Below, in pieces: positions 55,172-64,000 of a DNA stretch of 64,000 nt. Below the pieces are notes generated by a model. It did not search any database, had not been told where the DNA came from, and worked only from the letters and a program-made list of their open reading frames with translations. Source of the stretch: Candidatus Sericytochromatia bacterium (GTDB lineage: Bacteria; Cyanobacteriota; Sericytochromatia; S15B-MN24; VGJW01); the NCBI GenBank assembly GCA_035285865.1, contig JAYKHS010000016.1, positions 1-64,000 of the forward strand, in the 5' to 3' direction. Position numbers and translations under genes: made by a program. Positions within the stretch are counted from its first letter, which is position 1. Every line of letters begins with the position of its first letter.

Positions 55172-55971
55172 CAGTTGCCTCCCGCGGGGGCCGCGTTGTC
55201 CCCGCGCATCCCGGTGACGAACCGCACCGCCAATCGCGCCGTGAGCTCCGAAAGCGGATAACCGTTGTCATCCCGGCCCGAGAACGAGATTTGCGCCGTA
55301 AGGTTCTGGGACCAGGCATCCAGCTTGGGCACCAGCTTGCCGCTCAGCGGGTTCACGCGATACCCGTTGTCCACGCCGAACTTCACGACATCGCTGCGCA
55401 CGATGGGAATCTCGAGTGCTTGGCCGCCCGCCACGGCGCCACCGCCCGCCACACCCCCGGCTGCCCCGCCGACCGCACCGCCTGCTGCGCCTCCCGCAGC
55501 TCCGCCCGCTGCACCACCTGCGGCGCCACCGGCCGCACCGCCCGCAGCACCGCCCGCAGCACCGCCCGCCGCGCCGCCCAGACCTGGACGCGGCATGTAC
55601 AGGGACAGCCCTTGGCTCCACGGCTGCACCACGAGGGGATCGATGGGCGATGCCGCGCTATCGAACCAGTTGATCGAATAGGCGCTGAGGCGCACGCCCG
55701 GGATGGCATCGCCCGGGAAGGGAGAGACCAGCACCTGGATGGTCTCCGGCTGGCTCTCGAAGGTGAACTGGGGTTCGCTGACCGTAGACAGAGGGTCCAT
55801 CGTGATGCGGACCGTGACCACCTGAGTCTGCGCCACGGCAAGCAGGCGCGCCTTTGGCAACGCCGGATTGCCGATGCGGAAGGCCTCGCAACCGGCCAGC
55901 AGCGCGCAGCCGAGCGCCACGGGGAGGACCACGCCCGCACCGCGGACACGCCAACCGACCCGCTCCACCAC
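55171..55971 (-). CDS. Lipoprotein with an internal (GGAA)n tract
   Basis: Lipobox LAGC; GGAGG RBS; coupled to the downstream gene. Confidence 0.75.
   Translation of the reverse strand: MVERVGWRVRGAGVVLPVALGCALLAGCEAFRIGNPALPKARLLAVAQTQVVTVRITMDPLSTVSEPQFTFESQPETIQVLVSPFPGDAIPGVRLSAYSINWFDSAASPIDPLVVQPWSQGLSLYMPRPGLGGAAGGAAGGAAGGAAGGAAGGAAGGAAGGAAGGAVGGAAGGVAGGGAVAGGQALEIPIVRSDVVKFGVDNGYRVNPLSGKLVPKLDAWSQNLTAQISFSGRDDNGYPLSELTARLAVRFVTGMRGDNAAPAGGN
55424..55578 (-). repeat. 12-bp coding repeat: (GGAA)x8, GGAV, GGAA, GGVA
   Basis: Direct reading; synonymous variation between copies. Confidence 0.9.
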
Positions 55972-56101
55972 GCGTCCCTCCGTTGCGGCCAGACCTCCCT
56001 GCCGCGCAAGTCACCATACCCTCGGCCGGCCCAACGTATCCCGACAGCGTGGACGTGGGTAGCCCTTGCCCGCATCTTCATATGATCCGGGACAGAAGGG
56101 T

Positions 56102-56117
56102 TGTGAGCCGCGTCACG
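56102..56117. promoter_or_regulatory. CRP/FNR-family-like box
   Basis: TGTGA-N6-TCACG in a divergent intergenic region. Confidence 0.45.
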
Positions 56118-56246
56118 ACAAGCTTTCACGGCTCGTCAGCATGTGACGGAGTTTACTTACGCGCTTCTCGGCGACTGCCTAACATCACCACAACAACACC
56201 CATGCAGGGTGTCCTTGGCAACAGCTTGGTATAGTAAGGAAATCCC

Positions 56247-56543
56247 ATGAACAAGGCCCGCAAGAACTCCCAAAGCGCGGCTGGCGATCCCGAGGAGGGT
56301 GCCGGCGGCTCGGGAGAGAGTGCCGAGTTCAACCAGCGGGCCACCTTCTACTTCTCCGAGGACCAACTCACGAAGCTGGACATCATCCAGCTGGAGCTGC
56401 GCATCGGCAAGAACGGCTACAAGGAGAAGATCGGCAAGTCCGAGCTGATGCGGGCCGCACTCGACATGCTCATCGAAGATTACAATGCCAGGGGTCCGCA
56501 GTGCTGGCTCATCGAGCAACGCAGAGCTGCCGGAAACCCCTGA
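56247..56543 (+). CDS. Small ribbon-helix-helix-like DNA-binding protein
   Basis: RATFYF strand, helix, then KSELMRAALD helix; TGnTATAGT and AAGGA upstream. Confidence 0.65.
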   Translation: MNKARKNSQSAAGDPEEGAGGSGESAEFNQRATFYFSEDQLTKLDIIQLELRIGKNGYKEKIGKSELMRAALDMLIEDYNARGPQCWLIEQRRAAGNP

Positions 56544-56638
56544 CTTCCGGCGAGCGTCATGATTCGCTCGCGCCCTGCCCGTCGGACCGTCAACATGGTG
56601 CATCCGCTGCCCCCCCTACCCCCAAAGGAAGACCTCCA

Positions 56639-56956
56639 ATGTTCCAGAAGACGCTGCTCGTGGGCCTGATGGCCCTCTCCCTGTTCGCCGTCAGCGGCTG
56701 CGAGAAGAAGGCCGAGGAGTCCGGCGAGACCGGCGCCGCCACCGAAACCACCGAAATGGCGACCGGCAGCGAAGCCACCACCGAGGCAGCCAGCGGTGTC
56801 GACATGACCACCCAGTCCGCCACCGGTGAGGCTGAGGCCCCCGCGGCCGATGCTTCGGGCGCTGCGGCTCCTGCCGATCATGACCACGCTGCCGGCACGC
56901 CCGAACACAGCCATGACGGCAAGGATGCCGGTCACGCCGATAAGAAGGATCACTAG
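56639..56956 (+). CDS. Small disordered acidic lipoprotein with a His-rich tail
   Basis: AAAGGA RBS; lipobox VSGC; DHDHAAGTPEHSHDGKDAGHADKKDH. Confidence 0.8.
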   Translation: MFQKTLLVGLMALSLFAVSGCEKKAEESGETGAATETTEMATGSEATTEAASGVDMTTQSATGEAEAPAADASGAAAPADHDHAAGTPEHSHDGKDAGHADKKDH

Positions 56957-56978
56957 GACTTAATCCGGGACAACCCCG

Positions 56979-57015
56979 GACCGGCCCGGTTCCCCGCACG
57001 GGGAGCCGGGCCGGT
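56979..57015 (+). terminator. Hairpin after the small lipoprotein
   Basis: ACCGGCCCGGTTCCCC-GCAC-GGGGAGCCGGGCCGGT. Confidence 0.65.
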
Positions 57016-57032
57016 TCGCACGAGGAGCGATT

Positions 57033-58193
57033 TTGCAAAATCCGGATCGTGGCAACCCCACGGACGCCGACCGCGCGAGGGAACTGGCAGCGGCCTGTGC
57101 CCTCGCGTGCATCGAAGGCCTGGGCAACCGCACGCTTATCCGCCTGCTGGACGCCCTGGGCAGCGCACGCGCCATCCTCGAGGCCCCCGCAGAAATGCTG
57201 GGCAGCATCCCGGGGATCCGGCAGGCGCCCGTGCGCGAACTGACACGGGCCCGCCACCAGCATCGTCCCGAGGCCGTCCTGGACGCCCTCCTCCGTCGGG
57301 ACATCTGGCCGGTGATGGCCGGGATGCCGGCCTATCCGTCCGGGTGGGCCCGACTTGCCGACCCGCCGCTTGTCGCCTTCGGGCGAGGCTGTCCGAGACG
57401 CGGCCCCGCGACGACCGTCGCCATCGTCGGCACGCGACGGGCCACGCATCACGGTCGGTCCCGCGCACGCCAACTGGCGCGAGACCTCGCTGAGCTTGGC
57501 ATCAGCATCGTCTCGGGCCTTGCGGAAGGCATCGATGGCATGGCCCACGAGGGCGCCCTGGATGTCGGTGGCCACACCGTGGCCGTGCTGGGGACGCCCA
57601 TCGACGCTCCCTGGCCGCCAAGCAACCGACATCTGGCCCGCCGCGTGCTCGAGGCCAGAGGCATCTGGCTGTCCGAGCGCGCACCGGGTCGTGGCATGGC
57701 TCAGGGCGGATTCCTTGCCCGCAATCGTCTGGTCGCGGCCATGGCCGATGTCGTCGTCGTGGTCGAAGCTCCCGCGCGCAGCGGGGCCCTGCACACGCTC
57801 GGGCTCGCGGCCGAACTCGGCGTTCCCGCCTTCGTGCTCGAGGGCCCCGCCGACTTCCCCAGCTTCGCCGGCAGCCGCAAGGCCGCCGAGGATGGCGCAC
57901 CTGTCATCGGCGATGCGCGCGACCTGCTCCGGGCCATGGACTGGGCGGCCGCAGCCCCGAGCAAGACCCGGGATTCCGCCACGGGGCCTGCACCCGCCGG
58001 ACGGCCCGTCGACGACCGTGCCCGACTGCTCTCGGCACTGGGCCATGATCTGCTCGCGCCCGCGACGTTGGCGGCACGTCTGGGTTGGCCCGAACGACGC
58101 CTGACGGGGGCCCTGGGGGCACTCATCCTCGAAGGAACGGTCGCTTGGAGGGGCCGGTGCGTGTTCGTCGGCACCGCAAGCGCACGTCGATAG
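57033..58193 (+). CDS. dprA: DNA-processing protein DprA/Smf
   Basis: VAIVGTR, VSGLAEGIDGMAH, RNRLV, VVEA...SGAL. Confidence 0.95.
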   Translation: MQNPDRGNPTDADRARELAAACALACIEGLGNRTLIRLLDALGSARAILEAPAEMLGSIPGIRQAPVRELTRARHQHRPEAVLDALLRRDIWPVMAGMPAYPSGWARLADPPLVAFGRGCPRRGPATTVAIVGTRRATHHGRSRARQLARDLAELGISIVSGLAEGIDGMAHEGALDVGGHTVAVLGTPIDAPWPPSNRHLARRVLEARGIWLSERAPGRGMAQGGFLARNRLVAAMADVVVVVEAPARSGALHTLGLAAELGVPAFVLEGPADFPSFAGSRKAAEDGAPVIGDARDLLRAMDWAAAAPSKTRDSATGPAPAGRPVDDRARLLSALGHDLLAPATLAARLGWPERRLTGALGALILEGTVAWRGRCVFVGTASARR

Positions 58194-58207
58194 GGTATCT
58201 TTGCCGC

Positions 58208-60370
58208 ATGGCCAAATCGCTCGTCATCGTGGAGTCGCCCGCCAAGGCGAAGACCATCAGCAAGATTCTCGGCAAGGACTTCGTCGTGAAAGCCTCGGCC
58301 GGACACGTCCGTGACCTGCCCAAGAAGGGCCTTGGCGTCGAAGTGCGGCGCAAGACCTTCATGCCGGAATACGTCGTCCTCGACGACAAGGAAAAGGTCG
58401 TCCGCGAACTGCAGGAAGCCGCTCAGGGCGTGGGCAAGATCTACCTGGCCCCTGACCCGGATCGGGAAGGCGAAGCCATCGCGTGGCATCTGTCCGAGAT
58501 CCTGCGCAGCACACCCGAAGCCAGCACCCTCCCGATCCACCGCATCGAGTTCAACGAAATCACGGCCGACGCCATCAAGCGTGCCGTGCGCAACCCGCGC
58601 GCCATCGATCAGCCCCGTGTCGATGCCCAGCAGGCGCGGCGGGTGCTGGACCGGCTGGTGGGCTACAAGATCTCGCCCCTGCTCTGGCAGAAGGTCCAGC
58701 GTGGCCTGTCCGCGGGCCGCGTGCAGAGCGTGGCGGTCCGCCTCATCTGCGACCGCGAGCGCGAGGTCCGGGCCTTCGTGCCCGTCGAGTATTGGACGCT
58801 GACGGCGACCCTGGGCAAGGGCAAGACTTCCTTCGAGGCCGAGCTGTTCCGCTGGAAGGGCGAGAAGCCCGTCATCGGCGATGCGGCGACGGCAGAGGCC
58901 ATCGTCGCGGCTGTTCGACCCGGCCCCTTCGTCGTCAGCAAGCTCGCGACGAAACCGAGCAGCCGCAAGCCCGCAGCCCCGTTCACGACTTCGACGCTGC
59001 AGCAGGAAGCTTCGCGGCGCCTTGGCTTCACGGTCAAGCGCACCATGAACATCGCCCAGGGTCTCTACGAAGGCGTCGAACTCGGCACCGAGGGCCCCGT
59101 CGGTCTGATCACCTACATGCGAACGGATTCGGTCCGCATCGCGCAAGAGGCCCAGACAGAGGCCAAGGAATTCATCAGCGCCACCTACGGAGCCGACCAC
59201 CTGCCGCCCAAGGCCCGGACCTACACCAGCCGCAAGTCGGCACAGGAGGCCCATGAAGCCATCCGACCGACCAGCATCCACCGCAGGCCGGAAACCCTGA
59301 AGGGCGTTCTGACGGCCGACCAGATGAAGCTCTACAAGCTGATCTGGGAGCGCTTCTGCGCCTCGCAGATGGCCGATGCCCGCCTCGAGACCCTCGCGGT
59401 CGACATCACCTCGGGCGAGGGCCTCTTCCGGGCCACCGACACCCGTGTGCTCTTCCCCGGCTATCAGGCGGCCTACAAGGACACGGCCGAGGAAGATGCC
59501 GTGGCCGAAAAGCTGGTCAAGGTGCCGGTACTCGCCGAGGGCGAGACCCTCGCGTGCGAGAAGCTGGACCCGGTGCAGCACTTCACCCAGCCGCCCCCGC
59601 GCTTCACCGAGGCGACGCTGGTCCGAACGCTGGAAGAGCAGGGCATCGGACGCCCCTCGACCTACGCCGCCACCATCACCACGATTCAGGACCGCAAATA
59701 CGTCGAACGCGAGGGCAAGGCCCTGCATCCGACCGACCTTGGCTTCCGCGTCAACGACCAGTTGGTCGCCCACTTCCCCGACATCGTGGACGTCTCCTTC
59801 ACCTCGCGGATGGAGCAGGACCTCGATGCAGTCGAGGAAGGCGGCCGCGAGTGGATCGCGCTGATTCGCGACTTCTACGAGCCCTTCATGGCTACGCTCA
59901 AGAAGGCCGAGAAGGAGATGGAGGCGGTTGCCGTGCCATCGGGCGAGACCTGTCCCAAGTGTGGCCGCCAGATGCTGATCAAGAGCACATGGCGCGGGTC
60001 GTTCCTCGGTTGCGAGGGCTATCCCGAATGCAAGACGACGGCGCCCATCATCAAGCGCACGGGCCAGCGCTGCAAGCGCGAGGGCTGCGCCGGGGAAGTC
60101 ATCGAACGAACCAGCCGCATGGGCAAGGTCTTCTTTGGTTGCGACACTTATCCAGCGTGCAACTGGACAAGTTGGGGCGAACCTCAGGACACCCCCTGTC
60201 CGACGTGTGGTGCCACCTGGATGGTCAAGAAGTTCCCGCGGGCCAAGGGGCGCCGCCCCTACCTGCAATGCGCCGTCGCGGAGTGCAAGCAGATCGTGAA
60301 CATGCCCTCCACCCGCAAGAAGCAGGACGGTTCGGCCGACGAGGACGGGGAAGCCCCGGCCGAGGCATGA
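58208..60370 (+). CDS. topA: DNA topoisomerase I
   Basis: MAKSLVIVESPAKAK, DPDREGEAI, SAGRVQS, ITYMRTDS, C-terminal Zn ribbons. Confidence 0.99.
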   Translation: MAKSLVIVESPAKAKTISKILGKDFVVKASAGHVRDLPKKGLGVEVRRKTFMPEYVVLDDKEKVVRELQEAAQGVGKIYLAPDPDREGEAIAWHLSEILRSTPEASTLPIHRIEFNEITADAIKRAVRNPRAIDQPRVDAQQARRVLDRLVGYKISPLLWQKVQRGLSAGRVQSVAVRLICDREREVRAFVPVEYWTLTATLGKGKTSFEAELFRWKGEKPVIGDAATAEAIVAAVRPGPFVVSKLATKPSSRKPAAPFTTSTLQQEASRRLGFTVKRTMNIAQGLYEGVELGTEGPVGLITYMRTDSVRIAQEAQTEAKEFISATYGADHLPPKARTYTSRKSAQEAHEAIRPTSIHRRPETLKGVLTADQMKLYKLIWERFCASQMADARLETLAVDITSGEGLFRATDTRVLFPGYQAAYKDTAEEDAVAEKLVKVPVLAEGETLACEKLDPVQHFTQPPPRFTEATLVRTLEEQGIGRPSTYAATITTIQDRKYVEREGKALHPTDLGFRVNDQLVAHFPDIVDVSFTSRMEQDLDAVEEGGREWIALIRDFYEPFMATLKKAEKEMEAVAVPSGETCPKCGRQMLIKSTWRGSFLGCEGYPECKTTAPIIKRTGQRCKREGCAGEVIERTSRMGKVFFGCDTYPACNWTSWGEPQDTPCPTCGATWMVKKFPRAKGRRPYLQCAVAECKQIVNMPSTRKKQDGSADEDGEAPAEA

Positions 60371-61683
60371 CCACGGTCCACGTCGTCGGCGGCGGTCTGG
60401 CTGGCAGCGAGGCCGCGTGGCAACTCGCACGGCAGGGCCTCGACGTGGTCCTGCACGAGATGCGCCCGACCCGGCCGACCCCGGCCCACAAGGGCGACGG
60501 CCTGGCCGAGCTCGTCTGCTCGAACTCGCTGGGCTCGGACACCACAGGCAGTGCTCCAGCCCTGCTCAAGGCCGAGATGCGCCTCATGGACTCCCTCATC
60601 CTCGAGGCTGCCGCCGAGGCGCGGGTTCCCGCAGGAGCGGCCCTCGCCGTGGATCGGGAGGTCTTCTCGGCGGCCGTGACCCGCAGGCTGACCGCCCTGC
60701 CCAATCTGCGGCTGGCCCGAGACGAGGTGGTTTCCCTCGAAGGCCCCGTCGTCGTGGCGAGCGGCCCCCTCACTTCCCCTGACCTTGCCGCCCATCTGCA
60801 GGCCCAGCTCGGCGTCACGCAACTGCACTTCTTCGATGCCGCCGCTCCCGTCGTGACGCGCGAGTCACTCGACATGGACCGCCTCTTCATGGCGTCGCGC
60901 TGGGACAAGGGAGAAGCCGCCTACCTGAACGCGCCCATGAATCGCGAAGAGTACGCCGCGTTCCACGCCGCGCTGGTCGAGGCGGAGAACACGGTCCTGC
61001 ATCTCGAAGTGGAGAAGGATGTCGCGTTCTTCGAGGGATGCCTGCCGGTCGAGGTACTGGCCCGCAGGGGCGTGGACACGCTCCGCTACGGGCCCATGAA
61101 ACCCGTGGGGCTCACGGACCCCCGCACGGGCAGATGGCCGTATGCCTGCGTGCAGCTGCGCCAGGACACCGTGACGGGCGACCTGTTCAACCTTGTCGGC
61201 TTCCAGACCCAGCTCAAGTGGGGCGACCAGAAGCGGGTCTTCTCGATGATCCCGGGCCTTGCCGACGCCGAGTTCGTCCGGCTGGGCGTCATGCACCGCA
61301 ACACCTATCTGGCCAGCCCGAGCTTTCTGGAGCCGACGATGATGCGGCGCGGACGATCCGATCAAGCCTTCGCAGGCACGCTCATCGGCGTAGAGGGCTA
61401 CACCGAAGCCGCGGCCACCGGTCTGCTCGCCGGCTTGAACCTGGGGCGGGTGCTGCGTGGGCTCGAGCCCTTGGTGCTGCCGACCACGACGATGCTGGGC
61501 GCCCTCGCCCGCTACGTTTCCGCGGCCGACCCCGCGCACTTCCAGCCCATGAACGCCAACTGGGGCCTGGTCGACCCGTGGCCGGAGCGCATCCGCGACA
61601 AGGCAGAGCGGCGGCGGCACCAGGGCGAACGTGCCCTTGCGGACCTCACGACCCTGCTCGGTCGGGCGACCGCCACACCCTGA
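60367..61683 (+). CDS. trmFO: FAD-dependent tRNA m5U54 methyltransferase (Gid)
   Basis: VVGGGLAGSEAAWQ, ELVCSNS, GPMKPVGL, GVMHRN, GVEGY. Confidence 0.97.
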   Translation: MTTVHVVGGGLAGSEAAWQLARQGLDVVLHEMRPTRPTPAHKGDGLAELVCSNSLGSDTTGSAPALLKAEMRLMDSLILEAAAEARVPAGAALAVDREVFSAAVTRRLTALPNLRLARDEVVSLEGPVVVASGPLTSPDLAAHLQAQLGVTQLHFFDAAAPVVTRESLDMDRLFMASRWDKGEAAYLNAPMNREEYAAFHAALVEAENTVLHLEVEKDVAFFEGCLPVEVLARRGVDTLRYGPMKPVGLTDPRTGRWPYACVQLRQDTVTGDLFNLVGFQTQLKWGDQKRVFSMIPGLADAEFVRLGVMHRNTYLASPSFLEPTMMRRGRSDQAFAGTLIGVEGYTEAAATGLLAGLNLGRVLRGLEPLVLPTTTMLGALARYVSAADPAHFQPMNANWGLVDPWPERIRDKAERRRHQGERALADLTTLLGRATATP

Positions 61684-61746
61684 CGGACAAAAGGTTGCGG
61701 CCGATCGGCCAACGCCGACCCGAGTACATCGGGTTGCCATGGACCC

Positions 61747-63213
61747 ATGTCTGCCGACCCGCCGCGCGTGACCACCGGCATCCCCGGTCTCGACCCGCTG
61801 CTCGACGGCGGCTACATGCCGAGGCGAAGCGTGCTGGTCGCCGGTGGAGCCGGCTCCGGAAAGACCTCGGTGGGGCTGCAGTTCCTCGCTGCCGGACGAC
61901 AGGAGGGCGAGGCATGCCTCCTGATCTCGCTTGGCGAGCACACCCGACAGATCCTGACAGACGCAAGAGCGCGTCATCTGGACGTGGACGGCATCGAGGC
62001 GCTGGACCTGAATCCCTCGGCCGAATACTTCACGGCCCAGCGCACCTACGACCTGTTCTCTCCCGCCGAGATCGAGCGTGGTCCCATCACCACCGCCATC
62101 ACCGCCGCCATTGTCCGCACACAGCCCAAACGCATCTTCATCGACTCGATGGAGCAGTTCCGCTACCTCTCCCCGGACCCCTTCCAACTGCGTCGACACC
62201 TGCTGGCCCTGATGCGCTTCCTCGCCGAGCACGAGGCCACGGTGCTGTTCAGTGCCGAGGGAGCCGAGCAAGAACAGGAGGACGGGCTCGCCTTCCTCGC
62301 TGACGGCGTCCTGCAACTGAAGCACGACGAAGCCGGACGGGGCCTCATCATCCGCAAGATCCGGGGATCCGCCTTTGCCATCGGACGCCAGACCATCCGG
62401 CTCGATAATCGGGGCCTGCAGGTCCTGCCTCGAATCCTGACGGGACTACCCGAGATCCCGGGCCCCCGGTCCACGCTGCTGTCGGGCGTGCCGACCCTCG
62501 ACGCCATGCTGGAGGGCGGCCTCGAGGCAGGAACCATCACGATGCTGACCGGCCCGAGCGGCACCGGAAAGAGCACCATTGCCGCAGCCTTTGCGCTGCA
62601 TCAGGCCAGCATCGGCCAATCCACCATCGTGTGCGACTTCGAGGAGGATCCGGGCGTGGCCCGGGCACGCTGCATCGGCCTTGGTCTTCCATACGAGAAA
62701 GCCGTGGCCTCGGGCACCCTCGGCCTGATGCGCGTCCACCCCATGCGGACCAGCCTTCAGGGCTTCCAGCAAATGCTTCTCGAGGAAATCGACCGCCGAT
62801 CGGCGCGCATCGTGGTGCTCGACAGCATCACGGGCCTGGCCCTGATGCATGACATTCGCGAGGTCGTCGCCGCGACCTTCAGCACCGCGACGATGCTTCA
62901 GGAACGCGGCCTGACGGTGCTGCTGACGAACGAGCAGGAGGAAGTCTCCAGCTTCAGGCTCTCGAACCAGTCCTTGGGATTCCTGTGCGACACCATCCTC
63001 TACCTGCGGTACTTCGAGCGACACCATCCGGACGAGCGCGTGAGCATGGGGCGAGCCATCGGCGTCCTGAAAAAGCGGCTGTCCGCATTCGACCCCTGCC
63101 TGCGGGAGATCGAGGTCTCGAAGGAAGGCCTGCACATCGGCCAGCCCATGCGCGGAATCGGCACGATTCTCAAGAGCCTGCCGACCCTCAGGGGCGGCGG
63201 GTCGGAGGCCTGA
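61747..63213 (+). CDS. KaiC-like double-domain ATPase
   Basis: TGIPGLD...GGAGSGKT and SGVPTLD...GPSGTGKS; IRKIRG and VLKKR. Confidence 0.92.
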   Translation: MSADPPRVTTGIPGLDPLLDGGYMPRRSVLVAGGAGSGKTSVGLQFLAAGRQEGEACLLISLGEHTRQILTDARARHLDVDGIEALDLNPSAEYFTAQRTYDLFSPAEIERGPITTAITAAIVRTQPKRIFIDSMEQFRYLSPDPFQLRRHLLALMRFLAEHEATVLFSAEGAEQEQEDGLAFLADGVLQLKHDEAGRGLIIRKIRGSAFAIGRQTIRLDNRGLQVLPRILTGLPEIPGPRSTLLSGVPTLDAMLEGGLEAGTITMLTGPSGTGKSTIAAAFALHQASIGQSTIVCDFEEDPGVARARCIGLGLPYEKAVASGTLGLMRVHPMRTSLQGFQQMLLEEIDRRSARIVVLDSITGLALMHDIREVVAATFSTATMLQERGLTVLLTNEQEEVSSFRLSNQSLGFLCDTILYLRYFERHHPDERVSMGRAIGVLKKRLSAFDPCLREIEVSKEGLHIGQPMRGIGTILKSLPTLRGGGSEA

Positions 63214-64000
63214 TGCGACTCGGGCTATGGCTGGGCCAGTCCGAGGATGCCCGTCTGTTCCGGACGCTGCTCGAACCCACCGAGATCCAGATCGTCGATC
63301 ACCCGGACCTGCATCCCGGGAACGGTTCCTGCGCCATCGATCTCGCCGTGATGGACCTGCACGCCCACAATGCCTTGTCCAGCGAAATTCACGCATGCCG
63401 CAGCGCCGAGGCTCCGCGATTCCTGCCCGTCCTCCTGCTCGTGCATCCGGGGGAACTCTATCCGGCTTCGCGTCACCTGGGCTGCACGGCCGACGAACTG
63501 GTCCTGACGCCCATCCGGCGCATCGAACTGCGCACCCGCGTGCACGCCCTGCTGCGGGGCAGGCAGATGTCCCTGGAGCTGGAGCGCTTGCATCGCAGCC
63601 GCGCCGAGCAGGCCTTGGAGGAAATCCAGGCCCTTCGGCATCTCGAAGCGATGCGCGACCAGTTCATCAGCAGTGTCAGCCACGAACTGCGCACCCCGCT
63701 GACCACCATCATGGGATTTGCCGAACTGCTCGCGGACGGTCTCGCGGGACCGATGTCCGACGAGGCACGGGAGTTCGTCCTCGAGATCAAGCGTGCCGGC
63801 CATCGCATCACCAATCTGGTGGACGAACTGCTGGACGATGCGCGCCTGCAGGCGGGCACCTTCCAGGTCCACCCCGAGCCGGTGGAACCGATCTCCCGGT
63901 TGCGTGCCGTGGCCTGCAGCCTCGGCCCGCAACTCAAGACCAAGGATCTTCGCCTGGAGCTGGACCTGCCTCCCACCTGTCAGGAACTCCAGGCAGACCC
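63213..64000 (+). CDS. Degenerate-receiver plus HisKA histidine kinase (runs off the window; not in the ORF track)
   Basis: TGATG overlap; manual translation MRLGLWLGQSEDARL...DLAVMD...FLPVLLL...ELRTRVHALLR...FISSVSHELRTPLTTIMGFAELL. Confidence 0.9.
   Translation, partial: MRLGLWLGQSEDARLFRTLLEPTEIQIVDHPDLHPGNGSCAIDLAVMDLHAHNALSSEIHACRSAEAPRFLPVLLLVHPGELYPASRHLGCTADELVLTPIRRIELRTRVHALLRGRQMSLELERLHRSRAEQALEEIQALRHLEAMRDQFISSVSHELRTPLTTIMGFAELLADGLAGPMSDEAREFVLEIKRAGHRITNLVDELLDDARLQAGTFQVHPEPVEPISRLRAVACSLGPQLKTKDLRLELDLPPTCQELQAD

Noticed and set aside
57701..60430. Long antisense ORFs (also 22200-23987, 38844-40634, 46084-47856, 50143-51813)
   Set aside because: Shadow frames caused by high-GC codon bias opposite well-supported genes.
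59554..61683. 709-aa ORF as an extended TrmFO
   Set aside because: The N-terminal part is an alternative frame of topA; the real start is ATG 60367. The track ORFs for skp, lpxA, fabZ, topA and the CBS protein are similarly over-extended.
61747..63213. True circadian clock kaiC
   Set aside because: No kaiA or kaiB in the window, the ST phosphosites are absent, and there is no C-terminal KaiA-binding tail.

Overview
High-GC bacterial chromosomal window made up mostly of core genes from a diderm (LPS-producing) organism. The gene mix points tentatively to a non-photosynthetic Cyanobacteria relative such as Sericytochromatia; this is inference only. Main blocks: lepA; a bamA-skp-lpxD-lpxC-fabZ-lpxA-lpxB operon; 6S RNA-tsaE-tsaB-rimI-CBS/CorC; a TPR-glycosyltransferase with a sigma28-like promoter and an orphan atypical flagellin; tRNA-Ser, punA, tRNA-Met, tilS, ftsH; cysS-mrnC-rlmB; mutS2; a degenerate serine recombinase; a Ser/Thr kinase, pseudokinase-PP2C, FHA, TlpA operon; lptF/G-lptD and lnt-lptC-lptA; dprA-topA-trmFO; and a KaiC-like ATPase with a histidine kinase. 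I found no CRISPR array, prophage or IS element. The strongest unexplained signals are two unclassified structured non-coding RNA candidates (about 18736-19011 on the minus strand, between the glycosyltransferase and flagellin, and about 13036-13223 on the plus strand), a lipoprotein with 3x3 LNNTSA repeats, and an apparently catalytically dead stand-alone serine recombinase. All calls come from reading motifs by eye; no database searches were run.
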